A stretch of DNA of 64,000 nt from Macrostomum lignano. Taxonomy: Eukaryota. Position numbers and translations under genes: made by a program. Location: the NCBI GenBank assembly GCA_002269645.1, contig NIVC01000004.1, positions 496,001 through 560,000 on the forward strand. The letters run 5' to 3'. A model generated the notes under the pieces. It saw only the letters and a list, made by a program, of their open reading frames with translations. It was not told the DNA's origin and made no database searches. This document shows positions 11,201 to 24,059 of the stretch, in pieces (within the stretch, counting starts at the first letter, position 1; every line of letters begins with the position of its first letter).

Positions 11201-14200
11201 TGCATTTACTCCCATCTTTGCCTTTTTCCTAACTGTTAACAAGTTTTTGTTTGAGCATGACTTCAAATTTAGAATCTATGCAAAAATAGTTCCGGGAATT
11301 AGAATTCAGTGGTTTAAAAATCTGTGGGTTTTCACAGCTTGTATCTCTACTGTATTCGTATTCTGCATCTGATGAGCCATCTGAATCAGGGCTCTCATCT
11401 TCCATGCCAAATCGTCTAGCAAATCGTTCTTGAGCTATAGGTCACACTGTATTCACTTCACTTACTTCTGGACATTCATGAATCATGACTTTTGTAGTAT
11501 GCTCACTACACTGTACTGACAATTTACTAATTGCTTCATGCCGCCACTAGATGACATACTGATTAGCTGTTATAAAAACGCGAAATCTGCACGCAGCACT
11601 AATTAGCTGGCGAGGCATTAAGCTTTAAAAATATGGTCATAGTTACGCCTGCCGTTTACCTAAAGTTTTTTCTTGGCTCTTTCATAGGTAAGTCGCATTT
11701 TTTATCGAAAACTAAGTCGCACGGCCAGCATAATTTCAGAAGTTGCGCATGTATGAGAATGCTACCAAAAACGCTACTAAGAACGCTACCCAAAGGTATT
11801 TAAATGAAATTCTGAGAAATAGTTAGGGAGTGAAAACAAGTATAATCAGGATAACTGTAGTTGGCAAACAGGAATAACCCCTGTAACAACTTGGTGGCAG
11901 TTAGTAAAGTTAGTTGGAGGACAGAAGAAAAAGCCTTGTTACAACTTTGGTTACAGCAGTAGGATTTTGTATCGTACGGGAATACCCCTAGCACAATTAA
12001 AACATAGATGCAGTTTAGGTGCGGTCTCATAACCTATTTTTCTATTAAAGCCTTATTTGCACTGCCTTAAAATAAGAAAAAAGAGAAATTGCACTTTGAG
12101 CCTTAAAATTGCACCATGAAAGTGAGCTTACGGTGCAATTTTGCACCCTTTCTCTCGCAAAAAAGAAAACCCTGCAAATGTCTGTACAATTATAACTTTG
12201 GTTCTATTTTCCTCCTATAATAAACAGCATATTAAAATTTGTTTCTTGACCTAAGACAATAAAGCTAAGCCTAACCTATTAAAAATATAAAAATAGTGAG
12301 AACTTTATTGAAATATTATATATTGAAATATTATATAATATATATATATATATATAACTATACTTGAAGATTAATTAAAAATTAAAAAATATATTTATTA
12401 TATTGGCTTAGTACAAAAGCACCTATTTTGTAATGTCTCAAATATAGGTCCTAGACTTAATGGGAAATAATTACCCTAACATAATCTATAATTTTGCCAA
12501 ATATGCCAGACTATGCCAATTAGCACATTTAATTGCCCTCAAATATCCTTTTGGCATAGTTGGCATAGTTATAATATAATATAAATTAGTATATTATTGT
12601 GCCAAATAGGAGTAATGATATCAGTTGTAAAACAATTATGATTGCTACAATTGCGCACTAATTATTAATAATTGTTATTATATTGATTTTTTTTATCTTA
12701 TCCATTTTTGTATGTCACTTGGCATAACTAAGGGACAATTATTTCCCAATGGGGTATAGTTTATTTTCATTCTAATGGAAGCCATATACATTTATAAAAT
12801 ATTTTTCTTTATAAAAAGATTTATTCTAAAGTTATATATTTGCAAAAATATATTTTTTAACTTTTCCCTTTGTATAAATATTGGTAAATCATGAGATCCT
12901 CACTGAAGTCCCTATACAAAGCTATATAAAACACTTATTAAAACTTGCATAAGTCATTCTCATATAAATCATACATAAAAGCTGAGTTTTTAAGTATTGG
13001 TATTACTGTGCCATTTTAGGATCCAAATTAAAAACTAGGATGCTAGCTGGCATCTATTATCTATGATATTTGCTTTACATCTTATGTAGAAAAAACTTAC
13101 CATATAATAACTTATAATCTAAGCCTTTAAATATAAATGATCTAATTAAACTATAAATAATAGATAACTTTTTTAAGTACTTTTTACACTAACTTTTTTA
13201 ATGTATTGATTTATAAAATTATCTGTATCAATATTATAAGCCATATAATATATTTTTTATCCTTCAATCTATGTATAAGCTTACTTCCTAATTTTTCCTT
13301 AGAATTATTTTTTAAATACCTTAAGTATTTATTGATATAAAATTGTCAACATACACAAATAAACTTTGTTCTAATAGACTTTGTTTACTTACAATATAGT
13401 TGAAAATCTGACTGACATCTGACTGATTGCAGTTGCTTTTAGCATGGGTTTGGCATAGGAAGAAATGTGTTACGGTCACAAGAAGTGACATTTTAATCTT
13501 TTATCTCAGTTTACACCTTCAATGAGTGTTGTCCTTATCTCCTATTGCATTTTGATGAAGATATTAAAAATAACTTTGTGTTTCCCCAACCCACCCCAGT
13601 CCGGCCAGTTCACAGAGGACATGATCCCCACCGTGGGCTTCAACATGCGAAAGATCACAAAGGGCAGCGTCACCATCAAGCTATGGGACATTGGCGGCCA
13701 GCCCCGCTTCCGCAGCATGTGGGAGCGCTACTGCCGCGGCGTCAACGCCATCGTCTACATGGTGGACGCGGCCGACGCCGACAAGCTGGAGGCGGCCAGG
13801 AACGAGCTGCACAACCTGCTCGACAAGCCGCAGCTGCAGGGCATCCCGGTGCTCGTGCTGGGCAACAAGCGAGACCTGCAGGGCTCCCTCAACGAGAGGC
13901 AGCTTATCGAGCGGCTCAGCCTTGACGGCATCACCGACAGAGAGATCTGCTGCTACTCCATCAGCTGCAAGGAGAAGGAGAATATCGGTCAGTGCCGCCC
14001 CTTCTCCCTCACATGCCCTCCTACCACCTTCCACACAACTCCCCGTTCTGATATTCTCTCCTTTCTACTTCTCATCCTCTCTTCTCCCCACTCTCTCTCT
14101 CTCTCACTCTACTCCCCACTTTCCCTAGACAGAATAGTCTGTCTAGACAATGTCACCTGTTAGAGAGGGGATAGTGTCAACTCTTAGACAGGGGATAGTG

Positions 14201-15060
14201 TCACCTGTTAGACAGGGGATAGTGTCACCTGTTAGACAGGGGATAGTGTCACCTGTTAGACAGGGGATAGTGTCACCTGTTAGACAGGGGATCTCCAGCT
14301 TTCTCCCCACTCTCCCTCCCACTCTACTCCCCACTCTCCCTCTCACTCTACTCCTCACTCTCTCCAAATCTACTCCCAATACTCCCTCTCACTCTACTCC
14401 TCACTCTCCCTCTCACTCTACTTCTCACTCTCCCTCTCACTCTACTCCTCACTCTCTCTCCAAATCTACTCCCAATACTCCCTCTCACTCTACTTCTCAC
14501 TCTTCCTCTCACTCTACTCCGCACTCTCTCTCCAAATCTACTCCCAATACTCCCTCTCAATCTACTCCTCACTCTCCCTCTCACTCTACTCCTCACTCTC
14601 TCCAAATCTACTCCCAATACTCCCTCTCACTCTACTCCCCACTCTCCCTCCCACTCTACTCCCCACTCTCCCTCTCACTCTACTCCTCACTCTCTCCAAA
14701 TCTACTCCCAATACTCCCTCTCACTCTACTCCTCACTCTCCCTCTCACTCTACTTCTCACTCTCCCTCTCACTCTACTCCTCACTCTCTCTCCAAATCTA
14801 CTCCCAATACTCCCTCTCACTCTACTCCGCACTCTCTCTCCAAATCTACTCCCAATACTCCCTCTCACTCTACTCCTCACTCGCCTTCTCACTCTACTCC
14901 CCACTCTCCCTCCCACTCTACTCCCAGCTCTCCCTCTCGCCCTGCTTCCCACTCTCCCTCTCACTCTACTTCCCGCGCTCCTCCTGATTTACCGCCTTAA
15001 CTCTGCAAACTTTCAGACATAACACTGCAGTGGCTGATCCAGCACAGCAAGTCCAAGTGA
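8298..15060 (+). CDS. ARL8: ADP-ribosylation factor-like GTPase 8
   Basis: Exons 8298..8420 ([41 protein letters not shown]), 13600..13987 ([54 protein letters not shown]) and 15017..15060 ([14 protein letters not shown]). All junctions are GT-AG with matching phases; 555 nt, 184 aa. Confidence 0.97.
9778..11757. mobile_element. Non-autonomous DNA transposon, 17-bp TIR, 4-bp TSD; superfamily unassigned
   Basis: Perfect TIR CTCATACATGCGCAACT at 9778-9794 and its reverse complement at 11741-11757. AATG sits on both sides (9774-9777, 11758-11761). An internal ~21-bp TAAGTCGC-containing array spans 9996-10200. Confidence 0.8.
10353..11170 (+). mobile_element. hAT-type MITE left end followed by expanded CT and GA tracts, nested in the 9778-11757 element
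   Basis: CAGGGGTCGGCAAAC at 10353, preceded by CTCTGGAG. Shares GGTTGGTGTCTCTTCA with the complete copy at 39318. Right TIR not found. Confidence 0.6.
14070..14985. repeat. ARL8 intron 2 repeats: 24-bp unit (14150-14291) and CT-rich degenerate ~24-bp array
   Basis: GACAGGGGATAGTGTCACCTGTTA, about 6 copies, then CTCTACTCCTCACTCTCCCTCTCA-type units. Confidence 0.9.
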
Positions 15061-15587
15061 ACTGCTCGGACAGAATCCTGATGTTTGCCGCGGTACCGCC
15101 TGTATTCCGATGCACCCCCACGAGAAATGCCCATTTCTGTGGCGCGATAAGCAAACTTAGCTATGATAGAATTGATGCCATGAACAAATATGCTTCTAGT
15201 GGCTGAAGTCACACAATATATGCTAATATTCAGTAAAGCCCGGCCCACAGTGCTGCCCTTCTTGGGCGCTCAGTATTCTGTCTTGTCCAATTAGCCCCTT
15301 TATCCCGCCATGCCTCCACTTGCGCATCTGCAGAGAGAATTGCTGTAGCATGCGCCATATGAATGTGTTTATGATGTACTCTTTAGCTTAACATGATGTC
15401 TACTGTCCTAATCTTCTCGCATATTGTTGCTTTCAATAGAACTGTGATCACTACTGAGTCGTGTACTTTTCAGCAAGTTAATTTTCTCTGTTTTATTGCT
15501 GTTATTTAGTCAGTTTGCTGGCTTTGACAGCATTGTTGTAGCTTGGGTCCTTTTGGGCGCGCTGTTTCCAACACTTATTAAGTCCTT

Positions 15588-15800
15588 GAGTCATGGACTG
15601 GTCCAATGATTGGGTCATGGACTGGTCCAATGATTGGGTCATGGACTGGTCCAATGATTGGGTCATGGACTGCTCCAATGATTGAGTCATGGACTGCTCC
15701 AATGACTGGGTCATGGACTGGTCCAATGACTGGGTCATGGACTGGTCCAATGATTGGGTCATGGACTGGTCCAATGATTGGGTCATGGACTGCTCCAATT
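15588..15800. repeat. 24-bp minisatellite downstream of ARL8
   Basis: TCCAATGATTGGGTCATGGACTGG, about 9 copies. Confidence 0.92.
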
Positions 15801-16719
15801 AATGGCCGTGGACTCTTCAAATCATGGGGCCATGGAATGTTTTGAATTTTAATTTAGATCCCTCAAGTAACAAGGAAAAGTCCAAGTATATGCGGCAGCC
15901 CTGATCTCAGTGGTTGCCCCTAATAAGCAGATTTATTCACTAACTCATTAGTATCCTTGCGGTCCTTGCTTGTTTATTTTGTAGATCAGCTCTCTTAATC
16001 TAGCGTACCCAAAGGTGAATTTTTGCTACTCCTGTCATGAGGCTTCTCTGCCTAACCATCTCAGATTGTTTATTTCTGTTTGCAACTCAAGTTCTGCCCT
16101 CACTAACAGTAGTTAGCCAAGCAAGTGTATTCCGACGATCTCTATGGAATTCTGGCCACGAAGAATCACCTCGCGATGCGTCCTCTGGACTTGCCAAACT
16201 TCCATCGCTATCAGCGCTCTGATGACAGATGCAGCACATGCTACTTGCAGCAGTGCGTCGCTGTTGTAGTAATGAAATCTGGGTGAGGCCTGGCCCCGAA
16301 ACCAGCGGAAAATTTACCTCTTACTTTGCTGTTCCTACTAGCGCTAATTATGCATAATTGAATTATTGATAATTATGAGCCACTGTGACTGTTTTCACTC
16401 TACCAGTAAATGCAATGAATTTGCAGTAAAATCGCACCTGGAAGACTTCATCAAATATTCCTCTATGAAATTTTAAATTTCCCTGTCCCAAACTAATTTG
16501 CTGTTCCTTGCAATCACTCGATTTTATTTGATTCTCGTCCTCGTCGCTTTTTTGACATTTGACACTCCAAAGTATAGATTCTTGGCGCAGCCTTAGCGCA
16601 TGCTGAATTCCAACCGGATGGCTTTGGTCTCTCATTTCCCTGGTTTATGCCATTGTAATAGCCTGCTTGACTTCGCAAATCTAGAAGAAGTTTGAGGAAG
16701 ATTAGAAGGCTCTAAAGAC

Positions 16720-17725
16720 ATTAGGAGTATCCGGGAGGGATTAGGAGTGTCTGGAAGAGATTAGGTGCGTGGAGAGATTAGGTGTGCCTGGGAGAGATTG
16801 GGTGTGTCTGGGAGAAATTGGGTGTGTCTGGGGGAGATTAGGAGTGTCTAGGAGAGATTAGGAGTGTCTGGAGAGATTAGGTGCGTGGAGAGATTAGGAG
16901 TGTCTGGGAGAGATTGGGTGTGTCTGGGAGAGATTGGGTGTGTCTGGGAGTGATTGGGTGTGTCTGGGAGAGATTGGGTGTGTCTGGGAGTGATTGGGTG
17001 TGTCTGGGAGAGATTGGGTGTTTCGGGGGGAGATTGGGTGTGTCTGGGAGAGATTGGGTGTGTCTGGGAGTGATTGGGTGTGTCTGGGAGAGATTGAGTG
17101 TATCTGGGAGAGATTAGGAGTGTCTAGGAGAGATTAGGAGTGTCTGGGAGAGATGAGGAGTGTCTGGGAGAGATTAGGAGTGTCTAGGAGAGATTAGGAG
17201 TGTCTGGGAGAGATTGGGTGTATCTGGGAGAGATTAGGAGTGTCTAGGAGAGATTAGGAGTGTCTGGGAGAGATGAGGAGTGTCTGGGAGAGATTAGGAG
17301 TTTCTAGGAGAGATTAGGAGTGTCTGGAAGAGATTAGGAGTGTCTGGGAGGGAGTAGGAGTGTCTGGGAGAGATTAGGAGTGTCTGGGAGAGATTAGGAG
17401 TGTCTGGGAGGGAGTAGGAGTGTCTAGGAGAGATTAGGAGTGTCTGGGAGAGATTAGGAGTGTCTGGGAGGGAGTAGGAGTGTCTGGGAGAGATTAGGAG
17501 TGTCTGGGAGAGATTAGGAGTGTTTGGGAGAGATTAGGAGTGTCTGGGAGAGATTAGGAGTGTTTGGGAGAGATTAGGAGTGTCTAGGAGAGATTAGGAG
17601 TGTCTGGAGAGATTAGGAGTGTCTAGGAGAGATTAGGAGTGTCTGGGAGAGATTAGGAGTGTCTAGGAGAGATTAGGAGTGTCTGGGAGGGAGTAGGAGT
17701 GTCTGGGAGAGATGAGGAGTGTCTA
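16720..17725. repeat. 20-bp minisatellite, about 50 copies
   Basis: GGAGAGATTAGGAGTGTCTG and variants. Confidence 0.93.
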
Positions 17726-17987
17726 AATAATATTGGAGGGTATGGAAGAGAATCTGAAACGGGTTAGGCGGATTTCGAACGGTCTGCATTTCGAGGTTGG
17801 TGCAAGAGACTAGATAAGAGAAGATCTGGGAGAGATCCGAGTTGTTTGGGAAATTTAGAAGGATCCAGAAGAGACTGAGGAAATTAGATAGCAGAGCAGG
17901 AAATGCACAGACAACGGGGAGAAATTGCCAAGTCTATTCATGTAGGGCATCCTCGTTCACCATGGAGGCTGCTCTCAACCCACAGCC

Positions 17988-19336
17988 ATGCAGATGTCCG
18001 GCACCTCTCCGCGCAGCCCAGCCCCGGCGCCCAGCAGCCCTCTGGGCCGGCAGCACCAGCAGCTGTACGACCGGGCGCGGCACCGGAGTCCCTGGAAGAG
18101 CGGCTTCCGCCGGCGCTGCCTGGAGGAGATGCGCCGGCGCCGCTCCGATTTTCTTATGCGCGTCCGCCAGGCTGACGAGGATGGCGCCGCTGCGGCCTCT
18201 GATGATTACGACGTTCGCGGCGAGCTCGAGCAGCTCCTTGACGCCGAGATCGGCGGCGGCGGCGGCGGCTTTGAGTGGATGGACAGCGACGAACTCTTAG
18301 AGATCGAGGCGGCGATGCGGCGCGAGCTCAGCCAGTGCGGCTGCGTCTGCCCCGCCTGCCGCTGTGGCCAGCTGCGGATTCTCAGCACCGCCGCGGGCCG
18401 CCGGCTCGTCTGCGACTGCGGCCTCCTTGTCCGCCTGCCGGCCAGCTGCTGCGGTGACGGCATTGGATCAGGTGCGGCTTTTACTAGCGATAATAGTGAC
18501 TAGCCACCTGCATTAGTGAGCAGAGGTGGACCAGTTCCATGCCATTAGTGAGCAGAGGTGCACCAGTTCCATGCCATTAGTGAGCAGAGGTGCACCAGTT
18601 CCATGCCATTAGTGAGCAGAGGTGCACCAGTTCCATGCCATTAGTGAGCAGAGGTGCACCAGTTCCATGCCATTAGTGAGCAGAAGCGGCCCAGTTCCAT
18701 GCCATTAGTAAGCAGAGGTGCACCAGTTCCATACCATTAGTGAGCAGAGGTGGACCAGTTCCATGCCATTAGTGAGCAGAGGTGCACCAGTTCCATGCCA
18801 TTAGTGAGCAGAGGTGCACCAGTTCCATGCCATTAGTGAGCAGAGGTGCACCAGTTCCATGCCATTAGTGAGCAGAGGTGCACCAGTTCCATGCCATTAG
18901 TGAGCAGAGGTGGCCCAGTTCCATGCCATTAGTAAGCAGAGGTGCACCAGTTCCATGCCATTAGTGAGCAGAGGTGGACCAGTTCCATGCCATTAGTGAG
19001 CAGAGGTGGCCCAGTTCCATGCCATTAGTAAGCAGAGGTGCACCAGTTCCATGCCATTAGTGAGCAGAGGTGCACCAGTTCCATGCCATTAGCCTGCACC
19101 AGTTTCGCAGTGACTGACCAGCTTCAGAAGGAAAGCTAAGCAGGATTTCCGGCCCATCAACTCCAGATCCCGGGCTGACCCTCGGTGACCTGCGCGAGTC
19201 TCTCCTTGATTGCGCCAGCGCGCACGCCTCCCTGTGCACCGAGGACACCGCAGTGCTGGTTGTTGATGACGGTCAAGGAGGCGACAGCCTGATTGTGTCC
19301 TGCGACCACTGCCAGTTCTGCTGCGCTCTGATCTGA
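17988..19336 (+). CDS. RPAIN: RPA-interacting protein
   Basis: Exon 17988..18471 has HQQLYDRARHRSPWKSGFRRRCLEEMRRRRSDFL (RPA_interact_N-like), an acidic middle, then CPACRCGQL..CDCG. Exon 19167..19336 joins in phase 1 (G|AT) and gives LRESLLDCASAHASLC...SLIVSCDHCQFCCALI*, completing a Cys/His-rich C-terminus like RPAIN. Confidence 0.8.
18511..19100. repeat. 32-bp minisatellite filling the RPAIN intron, about 18 copies
   Basis: CATTAGTGAGCAGAGGTGCACCAGTTCCATGC. Confidence 0.95.
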
Positions 19337-19711
19337 TTGGCCCTGGCCGGCCGTACATTCGCATTTTTATTTTCCCCGGGTTTTCTATCTGGCTCGGCTT
19401 GATTAGTGAAGCCGGCCAGCCAATCAGATGGCGGTGAATCGCCTCTCGCACAGCCAATCAGAGTGAAGCAGCACTGCCGGACATCTCTTAGCATTTATTT
19501 AAACCTGCAGTTTGATTTGAATTTTTCGCTTGAAGCCTTGAATTATTGTTATTTTCTGACACGTGTTCGTTCATTTTTCATCTGGAACCGGGTTTTCATT
19601 TGTGTCATCAAGTAAATTCTCCGCCGCTGCTGCTTTTCATTCTTTATTTGTACTTTTAAAATCTGCAGCATTGTAATATGCTTGCTTAGCTTTTTATTTT
19701 CAATCATTTGC

Positions 19712-20640
19712 TGCAGTGGGACTGGAATTCAGGCTGCAGTGGGACTGGATTTCAGGCTGCAGTGGGACTGGATTTCAGGCTGCAGTGGGACTGGATTTCA
19801 GGCTGCAGTGAGATTGGATTTCAGGCTGCAGTGGGACTGGATTTCAGGCTGGGACTGGGACTGGATTTCAGGCTGCAGTGGGACTGGATTTCAGGCTGCA
19901 GTGGGACTGGATTTCAGGCTGCAGTGGGACTGGATTTCAGGCTGGGACTGGGACTGGATTTCAGGCTGCAGTGGGACTGGATTTCAGGCTGCAGTGGGAC
20001 TGGATTTCAGGCTGGGACTGGGACTGGATTTCAGGCTGCAGTGGGACTGGATTTCAGGCTGCAGTGGGACTGGATTTCAGGCTGCAGTGGGACTGGATTT
20101 CAGGCTGCAGTGGGACTGGATTTCAGGCTGCAGTGAGATTGGATTTCAGGCTGCAGTGGGACTGGATTTCAGGCTGGGACTGGGACTGGATTTCAGGCTG
20201 CAGTGGGACTGGATTTCAGGCTGCAGTGGGACTGGATTTCAGGCTGCAGTTGGACTGGATTTCAGGCTGCAGTGGGACTGGATTTCAGGCTGCAGTTGGA
20301 CTGGATTTCAGGCTGCAGTTGGACTGGATTTCAGGCTGCAGTGGGACTGGATTTCAGGCTGGGACTGGGACTGGATTTCAGGCTGCAGTTGGACTGGATT
20401 TCAGGCTGCAGTGGGACTGGATTTCAGGCTGCAGTTGGACTGGATTTCAGGCTGCAGTTGGACTGGATTTCAGGCTGCAGTGGGACTGGATTTCAGGCTG
20501 GGACTGGGACTGGATTTCAGGCTGCAGTTGGACTGGATTTCAGGCTGCAGTGGGACTGGATTTCAGGCTGCAGTGGGACTGCATGGATTTCAGGCTGCAG
20601 TGGGACTGGATTTCAGGCTGCAGTGGGACTGGATTTCGGG
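19712..20640. repeat. 23-bp minisatellite, about 40 copies
   Basis: GCAGTGGGACTGGATTTCAGGCT, with interspersed GGCTGGGACTGGGACT variants. Confidence 0.95.
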
Positions 20641-21227
20641 CAGCCGCTTTAACTTGCAATTCTGAACCAAACAGTCGGCATGAAGCAGTTGCCAAGGGGC
20701 GCAGACTTTGTAGCGCGGAGTCTCCTATCGGCCTGTTCGCAACTGTATAGCCAGGCTGCTGGAGTTGCGGCAATACGCTGTGTTTGAGATTCTGATTGCA
20801 ACCGAGCTGCCCCAGGTGTAATTGAGTTTTCCTGCCAACCTACGAGCACTGCAGTGTCCGCTGCTTCGAGGCCGCGGTACAGGAAATATCATCCTGTGCC
20901 CTAAAGGCGTTTTTGTTTTGATAATTTTATTGCGATCCGAGGCAACGGCCGGGCCGCACAGATCGCATTTGATTCTCTTGACTCTTGCTTTGGATCGAAT
21001 TGCAGATCTCTGTCCGCTGATCGCAGAGATCTGTTCCCGTTTGGCAATTTTTGCCGGCGCAATCGATGCAGTGCTTAACTGCAAGACCGTGGCGGGCGGC
21101 TCTTGAATGATTTGATCCGACCCGTAAGAAGGCAATTCTGCAGTGTTCTGCATTTTTGACTTGTGCGGTCTGATATCTGCAATACAATGTACAAGTCATG
21201 AGAGGAGTTCAAGAAGTTCAGAAAGCG

Positions 21228-21912
21228 GATTGACTGCAACTCAAATGCGGTTTGACTGCAATTCGAATGCGGATTGACTGCAACTCAAATGCGGATTGAC
21301 TGCAACTCAAATGCGGTTTGACTGCAATTCGAATGCGGATTGACTGCAACTCAAATGCGGATTGACTGCAGTTCGAATGCGGATTGACGGCAACTCAAAT
21401 GCGGTTTGACTGCAACTCAAATGCGGATTGACTGCAACTCAAATGCGGTTTGACTGCAATTCGAATGCGGATTGACGGCAACTCAAATGCGGATTGACTG
21501 CAGTTCGAATGCGGATTGACGGCAACTCTGACGGCAACTCAAATGCGGTTTGACTGCAATTCGAATGCGGATTGACTGCAAGTCGAATGCGGTTTGACTG
21601 CAAGTCGAATGCGGTTTGACTGCAACTCAAATGCGGATTGACTGCAACTCAAATGCGGTTTGACTGCAACTCAAATGCGGATTGACTGCAGTTCGAATGC
21701 GGATTGACTGCAACTCGAATGCGGATTGACTGCAATTCGATTTTGATTTCAGGCTGCAGTAGGACTGATTTCAGGCTGCAATGGGACTGGATTGATTGCA
21801 ACTCGGATGCGGATTGACTGCAATTCGATTTTGATTTCAGGCTGCAGTAGGACTGATTTCAGGCTGCAATGGGACTGGATTGACTGCAACTCGGATGCGG
21901 ATTGACTGCAAT
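21228..21912. repeat. 22-bp minisatellite ending in chimeric units
   Basis: GACTGCAACTCAAATGCGGATT; from ~21740 the units are mixed with ATTTCAGGCTGCAGT of the 23-mer array. Confidence 0.92.
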
Positions 21913-24059
21913 TACAAAACGTAACGCAAAATGGGGTGCAGCCGCTGGATTTGGGTGCCCTGAGCTGCATGCAATTATTATTTCTTGAGAGTGGCAGACT
22001 CTGATTTTGAAAATTCGAGTCGTCAAAAAATCTGTTGAGTCGGCACCCTTTATGAGTCATTTTATTTTGCATCCATGGATATCGCTTACACTTTCATTTC
22101 TACATAAGAGCGAATCCGTCACATTATCGGAGAAGCACACAGTCAGTGCCGATCAGTTCCGTGCAGTCACAAGTTATCGAGACTTTCCTGCGCCAGACTT
22201 TGAGCATCGATGACTTGTGCTCGCGTGCGCCCTTTGTCAGGCGCAGAGGCAAATTTATGCTGCTAAGAAGGGCGGCGGCGTATCCGCTACACAAAAGCAG
22301 CCGAGTGGCTCTGCTTTCTCCGCTCGCTTCTTAGCGGGAAAAGCTGTTGCCGGCTCGAGCTGCCCTCTGCCTCAGCCGCCTGCTAATCACAGGGCCGGCC
22401 TGCATTGTGTCCCTATCCATTCATTCTTGTCCCTCTTTCACTGTCTTGCGTTCTGCTGGATGACTCTCCTGCAAAACTCCCCTTCGCAAACGCAAAAACG
22501 TACTGCGAGAGAAAGGGTGGTCCGAGTTAATGGGAAGCGGAGGCTGGGGAGGTCGGGAGGTGAAAATGAGATGAAGAAGGCAGCAGGCAGGTTTGAGAAT
22601 AGCCGGCTGAGCAACCCGGAATTTCACTGGATGGATTGAGAGGGGTCATGCAGGGACCCCATCAAGGGCGGATTCTGTTCCCCCTGTCTCTTCCCTATTC
22701 GTTTTCTCCCCCGCTTTGCCCCAACGAATGCCGGGCAGGTAGGCCGGCAGTAGGACAGGGGGGTGGGGGAAGCCGAGGCAGAAAATTTGCAGAGCCTGAC
22801 GGCTGAGAAGAGGCGGCGAGAGACAGAAGAAAGGAGGACAGAGCGAGCAAACAGCGACGGACAAAGATCGATTCGGATTCCAGAGTGGCCGCTAATGCCA
22901 TTAAGTCCGGTGCTCGGCTGCCAGATGAACTGAAGAGCCTCTGCTGGCTGAGACAATGGATGACGGACAGGACTGCTGCTGCTGGTAGGTGCTCAGTGAA
23001 GCGCTTTGTTGAATTCTTGCCCTTTTGCCTACTGTGTCATCCAGCATTCCGGAATCGCCTGCACAATCAGCCAGGGAACCGCAGTCCGCCTGCCTGTCCG
23101 GTTTTGCTATTTTTGATTGTCTAAAATTTACCATGGCTGCTCCAACGTCCTCAGTCGGTATTTCCGCCGACTTGAAATGGCAAAAAATGAATTTGGATTT
23201 CAAGTAGGGACCCTCCTGCCTTCAAGCGGGCACGCGAGAGCCGCTGCAACTGGCCTGGTTGCAGCTGCCGCGACCTGCTTTTCCCGCGCGGAGACCCCCG
23301 CCCCGCCTCCTTGCAGAATCCGCCTCATCGTCTCCCCTACTCTCCACTGTCACTCGCCATTCCCGTGCCTCTCGGAGCGTGTGTGCGCATTTTCGAGCCG
23401 CATCATGCACCTGCCGTCGCTTCAAGCCCGCGGCTTCCTTTATCCTCTGGCTGCTCTCCGGGCTCCTCATCTCGCCTCTCTCCCTCTTCCTATTTCTCCG
23501 CCGCATCCCCGGCGCAACTCGGACCCCCCCCCCCCAGACTAATTAGGAGTCCCGGACGGGGCGCTCGTCCCGCTCTTCCCTGCTACCCGGCTGCCGGAGC
23601 GCCTCTAAGTGAGGCGGCAATGCGAGTGCCAAGCTGCGGACTGGCACCTGGGGAACTGCAGTTTCATTAGATTTGTCTCCACTGTCAGAGGTCAGCAGGG
23701 ACAGGCTGGCTCAGAATTCATTTTCCCTAGGTAATAATCCCCAGCTGATGCCTGGCAGGATGGCCCTCAGAGATCTGCAGGTTGGTCTTCAGGGCCTTCA
23801 ACACGATGAATAGCTCTGCTGGCGGTGTTGGCTATTCAGTTAATCTGCTCAGCTTGCTCCGAGCCCGCTTATCCCGTACCCCACTATTCTATTCTCTTAG
23901 TTCATAGTTTAATCCAGTTTGTATTATTTAAATCTCAAGGATTAGCGAAATGTATAGGATTAACTATCCATGCTTCAGTGAGCAGTACACCTTGAGTGAG
24001 CTCGAGTCCTCGGACATATTGGCGCACATGTGCTCAGGAGTCATCGGACTCAGGACTCA

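Noticed and set aside
12451-12760. Possible small MITE (AATGGGAAATAATTACCCT / AGGGACAATTATTTCCCAAT)
   Set aside because: The inverted match is imperfect, lies in very AT-rich DNA and has no identifiable TSD; not enough support to list as a feature.
16363-16635. 90-aa minus-strand ORF as a TE or gene fragment
   Set aside because: No motif recognised in any of the three minus-strand frames I read.
14143-20750. Long ORFs such as 14150..15022, 19682..20665 and 19878..20750
   Set aside because: They are translations of stop-free minisatellites in introns or intergenic DNA, with no splice support or codon bias.
22200-23700. Cluster of short GC-rich ORFs as a gene
   Set aside because: Overlapping ORFs on both strands lack domain signal; more likely the RhoGEF promoter/5' UTR, which I cannot delimit from sequence alone.
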